Origin: Hormiphora californensis
Taxonomy: Eukaryota > Animalia > Ctenophora
Reading direction: 5' to 3'
Assembly (NCBI GenBank): GCA_020137815.1
Contig: CM035351.1
Location: forward strand, 930,001 to 994,000
DNA: 64,000 nt
The translations under genes were made by a program, and so were the position numbers. Position 1 is the stretch's first letter. The number at the start of each line of letters is the position of its first letter. The notes under the pieces are model-generated. The model did no database searches. It was not told where the DNA came from and saw only the letters and a program-made list of their open reading frames with translations. Of the stretch, positions 1 through 12,347 are shown one piece after another.

Positions 1-7
1 GAGATAC

Positions 8-572
8 ATTTTGAATCAGAATAACACAACGTAAAAAAAATAAAAAGTTCATTTTCATTGCGTTATCGCAACATTTCCTCTTGACCCACCAAAGCATGTG
101 TACGGAGATTTGAGATTTCTGTGTGATCAGAAACGACCTTCCTGATGACATAAAATTCTCAAATTTGAAATAATGGTTGTTCATGCCATAACCAACATAA
201 CTGCCAAGTTTCAACATTTTAGCTTATTGGGAAGTTGGTTTTCCACGTCATAAATGTTTCGAGAGATCGTCAAAATGGCGATTTCTCAAATTACCTGTAA
301 ACTACGCTTTTAAGGGTTTGTTACAGATGATTCTGTGATTAGAATTGAGATTATCGGAGTGTGAAATAAAGTTAATTTCGTTCAAAATCGTCTGAAAAAT
401 CATTCTATCGCTGCCCCGAAGCTGTATCTCAAAAAGAACAGGCGCTAGAGGTGCTAGAAAAGTGTGTAAATTTCAAGTACTACATGCTTTGGTGGGTCAA
501 GAGGAAATGATGCGATATCGCAATGAAAATGAACTTTTTAGTTTTTCCCGTTGTGTTATTCTGATTCAAAAT
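8..572. repeat. Inverted repeat (about 95-bp arms), foldback/MITE-like fragment
   Basis: 8-103 is the near-perfect reverse complement of 477-572; there is also a degenerate direct repeat 380-450 / 565-632. Confidence 0.7.
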
Positions 573-3500
573 TGTCTGAAAAATCGTTCTATCACTGGCC
601 TGAAGCTGTATCTCAAGCGGGGCCGGCGCTAGAGCTCACAGAAAATTGTCCAGATTTTTAGTTGTCACCCGTTAGCATTAATTACTAATTAGTAATACTA
701 TTAAATATTATTAACCTAACATAAAATTAAAGGAGTGTTTAACTTTGAATTGCCACCTAATGCCGGTTTTAATGGTTACCTAAATTATGGCCGGTGCGGG
801 GTGCAGGTGTACTACTCTGACTGTGAGTACCGTGATGCAACCTAGTCCTACTGCTGAGTTGCCAAACTGCAGAGTGATCTCCACTTCTTTCGGCACACGC
901 TGGATAATTCATACTATACTGCCAAGAGATTAGGCGCGTGCGCGCACGGTCCATTCCAAATATTTTCAAAGTATTTTTTGTTGCTCAGCTCCAAAGTTTT
1001 ATTTTAAAAGTTTCTTTTGATCGATTTGTGCCCGTCTTTAAAGCTTTCTCGGTTATTTTCCCGGTCTGTGTCTTGTAAACCCGCGTTCCATCAAATCCAA
1101 AATGTCCTTGAAATATCCTTCAAACCCATGCCCCTCACCACTGAGCTTTCGAACTTTTTCTCAATCGGCTGAGTCTGACAAATGACAAGGACCGATGCAG
1201 TGGCTTCACTCTTCAGGCATGGCTTCAGCCTTCAGTTCACAATTGATTTAAGAACCTTAACAAATCTTCAGCATTTACCCTAAAATCAACTGCTAAGCTT
1301 TTTAAAGGTTCGAAATGTTCGACCAAATCCGTGTTTTGACCTGTCTGAAATGACCTCTCACGCCCAGGGCGTGTCTCCACACCTTCCTAGAAACTCGATA
1401 ACTGTGGATATTCTGTGTACTGTATTGTTTATTACAAAATAGCGGATCAATATCTCACAAAAGAATATTCTAATTAATTATCTATATTCCAATCCTGTTA
1501 ATTTGTTGTGACATTCGTTTGGTATTCCTAGGTCAAAACAATTCCACTACCAATACATACGTGGCCTATTCTATAGCTCGCATATGCTTATCCCCTTTGT
1601 TCACATATGTGCATTGTGTGTGTGTGTGTGGCTTCATACGCATACGAACACGCCGCCATAGAGTGAAACTATTCAAATTCTTCTGTTCTACATTACTACC
1701 ATGCACACCTGTCAGTTCCTCCCATTTTCTCGAAATTCTTCTAATATTTATTGAAGCATTTCGGACGTGACTGGTCTGAGGTCTCTAACCGTTTATACCA
1801 AATTAAGTATAAATATGTTTGTTGAAGCCCTCTTTTACTGCTCAGTGATCGCAACTGGGAATGTTGAAAAGGGTTAAATTTTAAAAACCCGCTTTTCAAA
1901 AAATTGGCAAAAAACCCATAAACTTTTTTAGCCCTTCGCGGGATCCCTTTGATATTTTTTTTTAAAAGGGATTAAAATTTTTTTTTTTCCCTTTTTTCAC
2001 CACCCCTAACTTTCCTCCCTTTTCCTTTTTTCTCTCTTTTCCCCCACCCCCCCTTTTTCCCCCCCCCCAAGCTCAAAAAGGGTTTTTTTTGGGGGTTATG
2101 AAATTAAATTTAGTTTTTTCTAAAAAAAATTTTTTGGTTTGGGGTGGCTTTTTTTCTTTTCCCCCCCCCTTTTCCCTTTTTTTTTTTCCCCCGTGGGGTT
2201 TCTTAAACAAAGGGAAAAAAGGAAAACATCTTTTTGCTACCCCAAAAAATGTTTTTTCCCCCCATTCCCCAAAAAAACAATTTTTTAAGTTTGGCGTGCT
2301 CCTTCTTCCGTTTTTTCCAAATTTTTTTTTTTAAATTTTTTATTAGTATCGAATTCGGGTTTTTTTTCCCTTGAAAGATTTTAAAAGTTCAAAAAAAAAT
2401 TTTACAAAACCCCCAAACTTCTAACCCAAAAACGAACCTCAAAAAATTTTCCACCTAACAACCAAAAAAAAAAACCCCCCCCCAAACCCACCCCCCCCCA
2501 AAATTTTTCCCCCCCCCTTTTTCCCCTTTCCCCACCACCCCCCCCCCCCCCCTTTTGCCAAAGGGTTTTTGGGTTAGAAAGAACTTAGAAAAATAAAATG
2601 GGGGGGGGGGGGAAGGGGGGAAAAAAAAGGGGGCAATTGGGTACCCGGGGTTTTTTTTAAAAAAAAAAAACCCCCTTTCCCCCCCTTTTTTTTTTTCCCC
2701 GGGAAAAACCCCCCCCTTTTTGCCCCCCCTTTTTTTTTCCCCCCCCCCCCAAAAAAACCCCCCCCCCCCCCCCCTTTTTTGTGTTTTTTTTTTCCCCTCC
2801 CCCCCCCTCCTCTTCTCTTAAATCTTTTTTCCCCTCCCCCCTTTCCTTTCTCTCTTCCCCCTTCTCCCCCTTCCCCCTTCCCCCTCTCCTCCCCTTTTTT
2901 TTCTTCATTCTTAAAGTTTTAAAAATTGGGTTTATTAAATATTTACCTTTCCTTTTCAAAAACAGCAGTGCATGACGTACTTCCCAATCGCTGAACAGTA
3001 GTCACACCCGTGAGCAAATTAAAAAAAAGGGGAAGGGTTTAAATCAGTGGGCGCCCTTTTTGGGGGAAAAAAAAAAAGAGGGAGAAAAAAAAAAAAGGAA
3101 AAAAAAAAGAGAAAGGGGGGTTGGCTAAATGTGCTGTTTTTAAATTTGATTTGTGTTCTATCTCTCTGAATTTGAGTAGTAAGGTGATTTCGGCCATGGT
3201 TCCGTAAACTAATTTTTTCCCCCCAAAAGCTCCCCCTCCCCCAGAGGTGAGCCAAACTAGGAGGGGGGGAAACTATTTTTTCCCCCCTTTTCTTTTTTCC
3301 CCTTTTTTCTCCCCCTCTCCTTTCTCTTCTTCTTCCTCCTTTTCCCAAAACCGGGCCGGATGATAAACCAAACTTCAATCTATCAGTGAAAACGTAAGAA
3401 AGATAGGAGGTTCAGGTACCGCCATGATAGACAGCAGAGGATCAAGAGTTTTTAATTCTTTACTTACCTCCCTCCCTGAAAATATTTGACAGGCAGGAAA

Positions 3501-3988
3501 CCTAAAAAGGGGGCATTTAAAAAAAAAATTTTGGGTTTTATAATTTGGTGAAGGGGTAGTGGGGTTTATTTGTTTCCCCAAAAAAGAGGTGATTCCCCTT
3601 TCCCCTTTGTTATTTATTTCCCCCTTTCCATTTTTATTAAAAATTTTGGGGGGGTGTTATGGTTTCTTGGGTTTTCCCTTAAAAAGGCTGAAACCCCCCC
3701 CCCCCCCCCTTCTCTCTTGTTTTTTGGGGGGGGGGTTTCATTTTTAACAAAAAAACAAAAAGGGGTTACAACAAGGGTTTACCGCAGGGCCCCCTTCTTT
3801 CCCCTTTTTTTTTCCTTTACCATTCCCTTTTCCCCCCCCACCGAGTTAAAAAAAGGGGGCTAAAGTCGGGGGCTTTTTTTCAAAATCATTACATGATCCC
3901 GTTGTTTGCATAACTAACAACTAATCACCACCTAATTACCACATAATTACCACCCAATTAACACATAATTAACACAATCTCTTCACAG

Positions 3989-5069
3989 CTGGTATTGTGG
4001 TAATGAACGTGAAATGGAGAGGGAAGACCTTCTGTGGGGCCTTCATTGATATTGATAAACACAACTGGCAGCCTCCAAGGTAGAAAATTAGAGGGATGGG
4101 CCAGGGGTATATTATAAATATATGTCTGTATCGTATTTATATGGTTAAAAATTTATGACTAAGTATTTGCCCACAGCGTACCAATACTCACAATACGCCC
4201 GCTCTAGAGTGGTGCGGCAGCAGAGGGGGGTGCATGTTTTACATAATGCATTTATCGACCACGCGTGGGGTTTAGGGGTAGGAAAAATGACAAGAAAAGG
4301 GGGAGATAGGAAAAAGGATAAGAAGAGAGAAGAAAAGGGGGGGGAAAAAGGAAAAGAGGGGGAAAGGAAAGAGAAGGGGGAGGGGAAAGGGAAAAAAGGA
4401 GAAGAGAAAAGAGAGAGGGGGGGGGGAAAGGGGAAAAGAGAGAGAGAGTAGGGGGAGGGGGAAAAGGGGGAAGAGAGAGAGAGAGGGAAGGGAGGGATAG
4501 AGAAAAAGAGGGAGAGAGGGAGGAGAAGAGGAAGAGGATAGAGATAGGGAGGGGGGGAGAGAGGAGAGAGATAGGGAGAGAGAGAGAGAGAGAGATAGGG
4601 AGGGGAGAGAGAGAGAGATAGGGAGAGAGGGGGATGATGTTGTAGTCTCGTTAAGTGCAGAGTAATAAATTTTCCTCATGCAGCAAAAAACAGTTTGAAA
4701 AAACTCCTCAAAAATTTCCCTTTTTTTTATAACTTTTTTTTTTTGGGACTCTTCTCTCCCTTTTTTATTCTTCTCTTTTCCCTCTCTCTCTCTATCTCTC
4801 TCTTATCTCTCCAGTTTTATGTCGACCCGACCCGGGCATTTTTTCCTGGGGAAATTTCCCCCCTTTTTTTTTCCCCTAACCACAAAAGCTGGGTAAAAAA
4901 AAAAAATTTTTATTCTTCTTTATTTTGATATCTTTTTCCCTCTTTTGTCCTTCATCCCTATTATCCGTTTAACTGACTCTCCCTTTTCTATCCCTCCCAC
5001 TTAACCGCACGAGGTTTCCTTGGAAGTGATTTGTGTACTGTGTAATATCACTGGACACGTGCCTAGATA

Positions 5070-5139
<70 letters not shown>

Positions 5140-7293
5140 CCTCCCTCTCTCTCACTCACCTTTATGATGCAGACTGAAGAGTGAAGCAGTCCCAATCAAT
5201 TGCGTGTCCCCGTGTGCTAATGATATCTCATGGGATACGGAGAGAGGGAGAGAGGGAGAAAGAGAGGGGGAGAGCAACTGAGGTGGTATGAGTGAGTGGG
5301 CTGAAAGAGAGAGAGCACGAGGGGAAAGAGAGAGCACGAGGGGGGAGGGGCGACATAGTAAATTAGGATTGGGAGAGAGAGACAGGGCAATAGAAAGATG
5401 AGGTCCAAGCAACAGAGAGTGTGTGTATGTGAATGGATAAATGCACACACATGTGATTTCACGTGTTCATGTACTGCTACTGAGCTGCTGCGACAGATAA
5501 AGTGTGGTGAGCAATATAACACCTACACGCCCTCCCTAACACAATTACCTCCCACACAGATTAGGTGAAAATACCTCTGCCCCCGAATCGGACCACTTCA
5601 CACGGGGTCGCAACAAGAGAAGCCTGAACAGCGAGAGCGAGAGAGGGGAGGAGGAGACGCCTACAAAACGTGGCAGAAATAAAGGAAAGAAAAGGCGTGG
5701 AACATCCTCTGTTCAGAGTGGGAAAAAGGTAATAAATTAATAGACTTGTGAAGAATATTAATTAATTGTTATTATGGTGTAATTATTTAATTAACCGTCT
5801 TTCTCTTCAGGGAAAGAAGCCAGCCTCGGAGCCTGTACCCTCCCCCAGCCCTTCAGTCGCCTCCACGGGGGAAGACAAATCTACCACTGAAGAAAAGCCA
5901 CTTCCCGACACGGTACATAGATTCTCTCTCCCCTCTCTCTCACTCTCCCTCTCTCTCACTCTCCCTCTCACTCTGTCTCACAATATTTGAGTGTGAACAA
6001 TGAACGCGACCGGCACTCTCTTCATGTCTCTCTCGCAGGAACTCTCACGAAAGATATGAGCCGCGCGCATAGTGAAAGTTTTTACAGTCAGCACTTTGCG
6101 CGTCAGAAGCCGCGCAGACTAGCACATGTCTGAATTTATTATTCAGTGGCCTTGATATTCACATGCATAATATGATTGGAGACACGCGATATCATGAAGT
6201 TGTCTGACTATATCACACACAAGTCACTAACTTCTCTTTCTGTTTAGGAGAAGCCGAAAGAAGAACCTAAGACGGAGGAAACTGAAGCTATCATCCCCAA
6301 ATCGACTGCCAGCGCTCCAGCCACACCCACCCCTCCTACTGCTACACTCCCCTCCACCCCAACACTTCCCTCATCTGTTGTCGTACAACAGGCACCCCCC
6401 GTTCACCCCAAGACAGACCCAGAGAGCACCGCTCAGAGCGTTATCAGCACCTATACCAGCCCACACCAGCAACAGCAGGGTAACAAGGTTAACAACATCC
6501 AACCTGACACCCATACCAAAAGAGATGTCTGAAAGTGTTATCCGGACCTTCCCCTCGCCCCTCATCCCCCAGATGAAACCCTTCATGAGTCATGGAGGGA
6601 GCCCGCGGAATCTCCTTCAGGAGCGGTTCGAAACAGATATTCAGCTCCTCTAAACCACAAGTCATTGTAAAGCCAGAGAGAAGGGAGATCGATTGGAGCA
6701 AGCAGCTGCCCGTCCTAAAACCCCAGCCCCATTTCTCGGATAACCCTGCACTTAGCAGCGCCCAGGCCCTAGCCTCAATGAATAGTTTGGCCAACATGAA
6801 CAAGCATCTGTGGATGAGTGAACAACAACATGTAGGACAGAAAAAACAGGCCGAACAATTTTCACATTTCAAAGCTCCGGGTGGCGAGCAGCTGAGGCAT
6901 GCATTTAAAAATGCCTCAGTCTATCAGAAGGGTATGCAGGTACCAACTAGTAACGAATATATAGCAAACATTCATAGACAATTACTGCAACACGCTACCT
7001 CGGCCAGCGATAAGGAATCAGCTGCAGCGATGGGTAACGATCAGAGAACTAACCAGGAAGCAGCCCAATCACTCCTCCAGTTAGCCCAGCCCTTTAAAGG
7101 TGCTAACCCCCTCGACCAACTAAATTATTACTCTCGAATGGGTAACCTTCCAGTATCGACCCCAGGCCCTTCCTTCCAGCCTCCTCGTCTCAACCCGGGG
7201 GATGTGAATACCAAGGAGGAGCTTGCTAAATTGATGGCGTTTCAACCGATGGGCGCTAAATTCACTATACCCCAGGCGGGCAAGTTTAGATAA
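3989..7293 (+). CDS. ZNF608/ZNF609 (Brakeless/Scribbler)-like nuclear protein, partial; exons 3989-4079, 5560-5728, 5811-5912, 6248-7293 (last exon frameshifted)
   Basis: Spliced translation GIVVMNVKWRGKTFCGAFIDIDKHNWQPPR-LGENTSAPESDHFTRGRNKR matches the conserved block [32 protein letters not shown]/GT sites are phase-consistent; upstream exons probably lie in the degraded region. Confidence 0.7.
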
Positions 7294-7746
7294 ATAATTC
7301 AGGAACTCTAAAAGAGAGAAATGAAAGAGAGAAATGTGTGTGAGAGAGAGAGAGAGAGATGGAGAGAAATGAGAGAGAGACCATTTTCTAACGAATGTGT
7401 TTTATTTTTTCTTAAAATCGCGTTGCAACCATTATATGTGACCATACTCATCATATTTTTACTGATGATTCTCCCAATATGTGTGTGAAACAGTTTCAGG
7501 GACTCCATGTGTGTGTGTGTGTGTACCCCCCTGTGTGCGTGATACAGATCTTGTGTCATGAGAGTTGTTTGTGCTTGTAACTTTAACACGTGCTGTGTTC
7601 TCTTAGCTGCCGGGTGGCCCCCCAATTATATATTGGTTCCAAGCACACCACGTTCAGCGCTGTATGTCTTGTGTCAAAGAAGAGAGCAGGGAGTATAAAT
7701 CGCTTTTGATAGGGCACTGACCCACACCAGCAGTCGTAGACGGCTC

Positions 7747-7813
7747 AGGGAATACTGGTCCCTGATTGGCTGATAACCAGTCACGTGACCTAAATAACGG
7801 GTTCTGATTGGTT
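7747..7813. mobile_element. Internal fragment of the CAGGAACCGACCGAA MITE family
   Basis: AATACTGGTCCCTGATTGGCTGATAACCAGTCACGTGACCTAAATAAC is shared with 50939-51036 and, reverse-complemented, 16711-16813. Confidence 0.75.
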
Positions 7814-8245
7814 GATAGGGCAATGACCCACACCAGCAGTCGTAGACGGCTCTCGATGTTGAAAAATGTTCAATCAATTGTTGTTTCCTTAAGATATATT
7901 GTTTTTCTGTGTACCACTGACTGGTAAAGGGGAATTTGGGCAAAGTACCTTAGTCTTTAGCCCACACTGTCAGGCCAATGCTCTGACCATTCTCTGAGAA
8001 TAGGGTCAGGCCAATGCTCTGACAGAGCCCACAAGTGTACACTGGAATATGAAACAATCCGGTTCTGAGTTGTATTGCGTCCACGCGACTTTTACGCGTT
8101 AACGCCGCAAACAAGCGCGCGGCGCGTTAAAATATTTGTTAATTTGCAAATTAAATTTTTAAGTCTTGTTGCGCCTTTTTTTAACTTTGCGTTTTTAAAG
8201 TTGAATCGTTTGCCTTTGGAAAGTGATGCCAATCGGTGTTGGGGT

Positions 8246-8542
8246 CAGGGGCGGCTCTGCGATGCGGACGCGTCCGCATTTTTACTTTGGATCACAGAGA
8301 GAAATAGAAAAAATTTAAGGAAAAGGGTCAACTTTTCTCAAAATTTGATGTTTCAAATGAGATTTTTAGTGAAATCCGCGCGCCACACAGGTTTTTTTGC
8401 CGTCGCAGTAGTTTTTGATCGGCGTGCTACGTCAAAATAGCCAATGCGGACCGTCCGCATTGGGTATTTCAGCGGAACGCGCGAGTTAAAATGTTTCGGC
8501 CGCATTTTGACCAGAGCGGCTGAAAGCCGCGCACCGCCCCTG
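8246..8542. mobile_element. hAT-like MITE (about 300 bp), copy 1
   Basis: TIR CAGGGGCGG...CCGCCCCTG; 8-bp TSD GTTGGGGT at 8238-8245 and 9589-9596 (right copy displaced by a later insertion); second copy at 9763-10066. Confidence 0.8.
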
Positions 8543-9585
8543 TAGTTAGGAACACTATTGGTGTGCGGTCGTGCCCACGGAAGGAGTGCTTGGATCATCT
8601 TGAAACCGGTTTTAAGTTAACTAAAGTACACCCCAAACTACTATGTCCCTCACTCGGGTTTTGTGAAATTTCCCACGGTCATAACTCCACTCCCTGATGA
8701 GATAGAGACTTGAAATTTGTTTTGTACGAAGAACTCGATATGATCTCCCTACAAAACAAATTTCAAGTCTCTATCTTATCAGAGGGTGGAGCTATGGCCG
8801 TCTAAAATCCGGTCGCGCGCAGCAAGGGACATAGTAGTTTGGGGGGACCTTTAATGCATATCCAAAAGTGTCTGTAGCTATTTGGGTGATGTTCTGACAA
8901 TCCAATCACGAGTTATGACCAAAAAACAGTCAAAAAAGACGTTTTAAAGTGACAAAAAGGAGGACCTGAACACAGCCCTTATATGAAGGGTTGGGGCTAT
9001 GAAACTTCTTGAGTGGACAGAGAATCGTCCAAATTTGCAGTGTCAACTTTGGAATAGTTTCTATCTTTTGTAGTTATCTAATTAGAGCCGTTCAAACATG
9101 TGAGACGATCTGTAAAACAGGCCAGGGTTATTTGGTACTGTTTCCACCCCATATTGCTTGCTCTCACCGCTTGTATGCTTTAATCTGCTCTCTAATTGGG
9201 TAAATCTCGTCAAGTGATCACTTCACAAGCAAAAATACACAGTATTAGAGGCCCCTACAGCATCTTCTCACATGTTTAAACAGCTCTAATTAGATAACTA
9301 CAAAAGATAGAAACTATTCCAAAGTTGACACTGCAAATTTGGACGATTCTCTGTCCACTCAAGAAGTTTCATAGCCCCAACCCTTCATATAAGGGCTGTG
9401 TTCAGGTCCTCCTTTTTGTCTTTTTTGACTGTTTTTTGGTCATAACTCGTGATTGGATTGTCAGAACATCACCCAAATAGCTACAGACACTTTTGGATAT
9501 GCATTAGTTAACTTAAAACCGGTTTCAAGATGATCCAAGCACTCCTTCCGTGGGCACGACCGCGCACCAATAGTGTTCCTAACTA
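8543..9585. mobile_element. Foldback element with about 340-bp inverted arms and 3-bp TSD CTG (Harbinger-like by TSD length)
   Basis: TAGTTAGGAACACTATTGG... / ...CCAATAGTGTTCCTAACTA; arms near-identical; CTG at 8540-8542 and 9586-9588. Confidence 0.8.
8624..8851. mobile_element. Palindromic MITE with TA TSD, nested in the left arm of the foldback
   Basis: TIR CCCCAAACTACTATGTCCCT / AGGGACATAGTAGTTTGGGG; absent from the right arm, which shows the empty site GTTAACTAATGCATATCC. Confidence 0.8.
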
Positions 9586-9762
9586 CTGGTTGGGGTTAGT
9601 GAATTTTCAAAGTTTGCCTTTGAAAAGCGCTGCCTTTCGGGGGCCAGCAGCGTTTGCCAAATTTTGCCTTATCCCAGCAGGCAGCAGCGTTTGCCAAACT
9701 TTTTTTCCTCAACCCGGGCGGCGGGCAGTCCGCAGTTTAGGTGCGAGCCAATAAGAATTAAG

Positions 9763-10066
9763 CAGGGGCGGCTCTGCCATGCGGACGATGCGGACACGTC
9801 CGCATTTTTACTTTGGATCACGGAGAGAAAAAGAAAAAATTCAAGAAGAAGGGCAAATTTTTCTCAACATGTGATGTTTTGAATGGGATTTTAGTGTAAT
9901 CTGCGCGCCACACAGGTTTTTTTGCCGTCGCAGTATTTATTTATTCGCACTACGCCAAAATAGCCAATGTGGACCGTCCGCATTGGGTATTTTGACGGAA
10001 CACGTGAGTTAAAAATGTTTCGACCGCACATTGGCCAGAGCGGCTGAAAGCCGCACACCGCCCCTG
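9763..10066. mobile_element. hAT-like MITE, copy 2
   Basis: Diverged direct copy of 8246-8542 with the same TIRs; TSD not clear. Confidence 0.75.
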
Positions 10067-10343
10067 ATAGAAAGCTAATTCTGGTTGCGTTGGGTTCGTC
10101 TCGTAAAGCTGATTTAGAAAAGCTCTCAGCATTAACCCAATTAATCACTAATAAGGGTTGATTCTTATTGGTAAGCCACCCTCTGGGTATCCACTATCCA
10201 CCCCTTATTGGGGAAGTGCGTCTTAAACGATAAAGCTTTGGGCGACGCTTTGTGCGGGCGGCCAATGTGACGATGCACCACAGGAAAATTACTTTTTTAT
10301 CCCTTCTAAAGCACACCATGGTCGTTTGAAGAAGGTTGTGAAG

Positions 10344-10684
10344 ATGATACGGTATGTTATAATAGGAGGTGGGGTAACAGGAACAACAGTTGCAGAATCC
10401 CTTCGATTATTTGACTCGACAGCCAATGTTACCCTAATAACAGCAACAGATACAGTTTAAAAGCATCCGACATTGTTTAAATGGGGAAGTCTAAACTCTT
10501 TTCAAATTTTTAAAATTTCCCCTTATCCCTTTTCCATAATTTTTTTAAACACGTTATATCCCTATTTCCCCTCTAAAACGTGACAACAAACATCTTTAAT
10601 CCCATTTTAAGCTTTGTATAGCTGGTGCCCCCCCAAGTCTTTTAATCCCCAGTCCCTGGTGTTGTAACAATACGAGATACAGAC
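10344..10684 (+). pseudogene. PYROXD1: PYROXD1-like 5' fragment (disrupted or mis-assembled)
   Basis: MIRYVIIGGGVTGTTVAESLRLFDSTANVTLITATDTV, then pieces KLCIAGAPPK and PGVVTIRDTD, match the PYROXD1 N-terminal FAD-binding region; stops and frameshifts present; remainder not found. Confidence 0.6.
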
Positions 10685-11056
10685 GGGAAATTTTATATTA
10701 GATCAGCTCGATATTTCACATTTAGGTCAGGCTATTTTAGACCCAAATATTGATGTGGAAGATTATTTTGATTGAGACAAATCCCAGATATCTGTTTAAC
10801 TATTTATTATTTGGATCGTTTTACAGATGCAATGTATAAAATACGAATCTGTTTTACTTGTAGGGATGAATTGAATTGCCCGATATGCAATTTCAAGTTT
10901 CAACTGAGTATCTAAATTGGCAGTATCTCAAGATATTACAAACACAGAGAGCTGTGTTTTTTCTTGGAAACACTTCACAGCACAGGTAAGCTGTTAAAAC
11001 ACATACATCCGCGATATTTCTGTGTATTTAGAGAGTTAAATTGCACATTTCTCATA

Positions 11057-11129
11057 GCCTGGTTAGCTCAGTCGGTAGAGCATCAGACTTTTAATCTGAG
11101 GGTCACGGGTTCGAGTCCCGTATCAGGCT
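11057..11129 (+). tRNA. tRNA-Lys (anticodon UUU)
   Basis: Cloverleaf with GCCTGGT/ATCAGGC acceptor, TCAGA-CTTTTAA-TCTGA anticodon arm and GGTTCGAGTCC B box; TTTT terminator at 11137. Confidence 0.95.
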
Positions 11130-11508
11130 GTATGACTTTTGTAAAATTTTTCTCGGTTTGGTCTCTTTTATTTTGTTACTTTTTGTTCTATTTTGAATAC
11201 ACTCTTCCAACTTTTTAACACTATGTATATCAAATTAATCTGTACTGATAAAGATATTGTCCATTACACAGAAATTAATTCTGCTAAGTTCTGCTACAAC
11301 AAAACTTAAAAGACCCGTCTACTCACCGTAGCGAATGTTGCTACGTTCTAACCCTCCCTTTACAATTTACATAGTCTAGCTAGGCAAAGCGAATAGACAT
11401 CTGAGATACACCGAAGTCCGAATTCGTATAACAATGAATTGCCTGGTATTTTATTCTTTAGTTTACAATTAACTCTCTAGCTCTCTCTCTCTCTCTAGCT
11501 CTCTGCTA

Positions 11509-12138
11509 GTGGAGGGAAGTACGCAAGAACTCTAATAACGAATGAATCAACATGGAACTCACTAACAAAAAAGATGGCACTGTACGCCAATCAAAGGAAA
11601 AAATATAGAACCATATTACATCTCATCACAAACATAGGGCCGTTTAATTACTACCTCAAGAAGATTGGCAAATCCAACACTGACATATGCAGCCTATGCA
11701 CTAAAACAGAAGAAAATGCGAAACACCTAATATGTGAATGTGAAATCCTGGAAACGGAGAGAATGAGATTAAGTGGCATAACCACCTTCAGAGACCTAGG
11801 CAAAACCATAATAAACCACACCGCGGTAGCCATCAAGCTAATCGAGAAAGCAAATAAACTCAAGAACCAAGAGAAAGATTAGAAGAACTCATCCCCACCC
11901 GTCGCAGTGACAAAGAGCCAAAGATCCAAGACTCAGAGGGAAGAAGAATCAAGAATCTCGAAGGAGTTTACCCTCCCGAACCCGAAGCCACCTATAATGG
12001 AACCTGTCCTGTGGGCAGTTCCTGATGGAGGGGGAGGGGAGGGGGGCTATTCTCCTAGTGCCGGCGATATCGCTTTGCGATAGTCCCCTGTGGGCTTGCC
12101 GTTGGCAAGCCCAGGCACTCCGTAGATAGATAGATAGA
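11509..12138 (+). mobile_element. 5'-truncated non-LTR retrotransposon (C-terminal CCHC region, 3'UTR, (TAGA)n tail)
   Basis: ORF 11574-11882 HLITNIGPFNYYLKKIGK...CSLC...ENAKHLICEC is typical of LINE ORF2 ends; 13-bp TSD TAGCTCTCTGCTA at 11496-11508 and 12139-12151. Confidence 0.85.
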
Positions 12139-12347
12139 TAGCTCTCTGCTAAATGTGTCTCCCCATCTCTTTCTTTTCCGCCTTCTCTCACTCTCGCTAC
12201 CTCTCTCATGTGTTTAATTAAGCTGTCATATGTTGTTATATAGCTATCTCTGTAAAGTGTCCACAACATAATTCTCTTGGCTGGTAATCGACTAGATCAC
12301 TGTCATTATATTGCGAATATATTTCCTTCAATTGCACTCAGTTCGTC

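Noticed and set aside
2089-4928. Lys/Gly/Phe/Pro-rich ORFs
   Set aside because: Translations of homopolymer-degraded sequence
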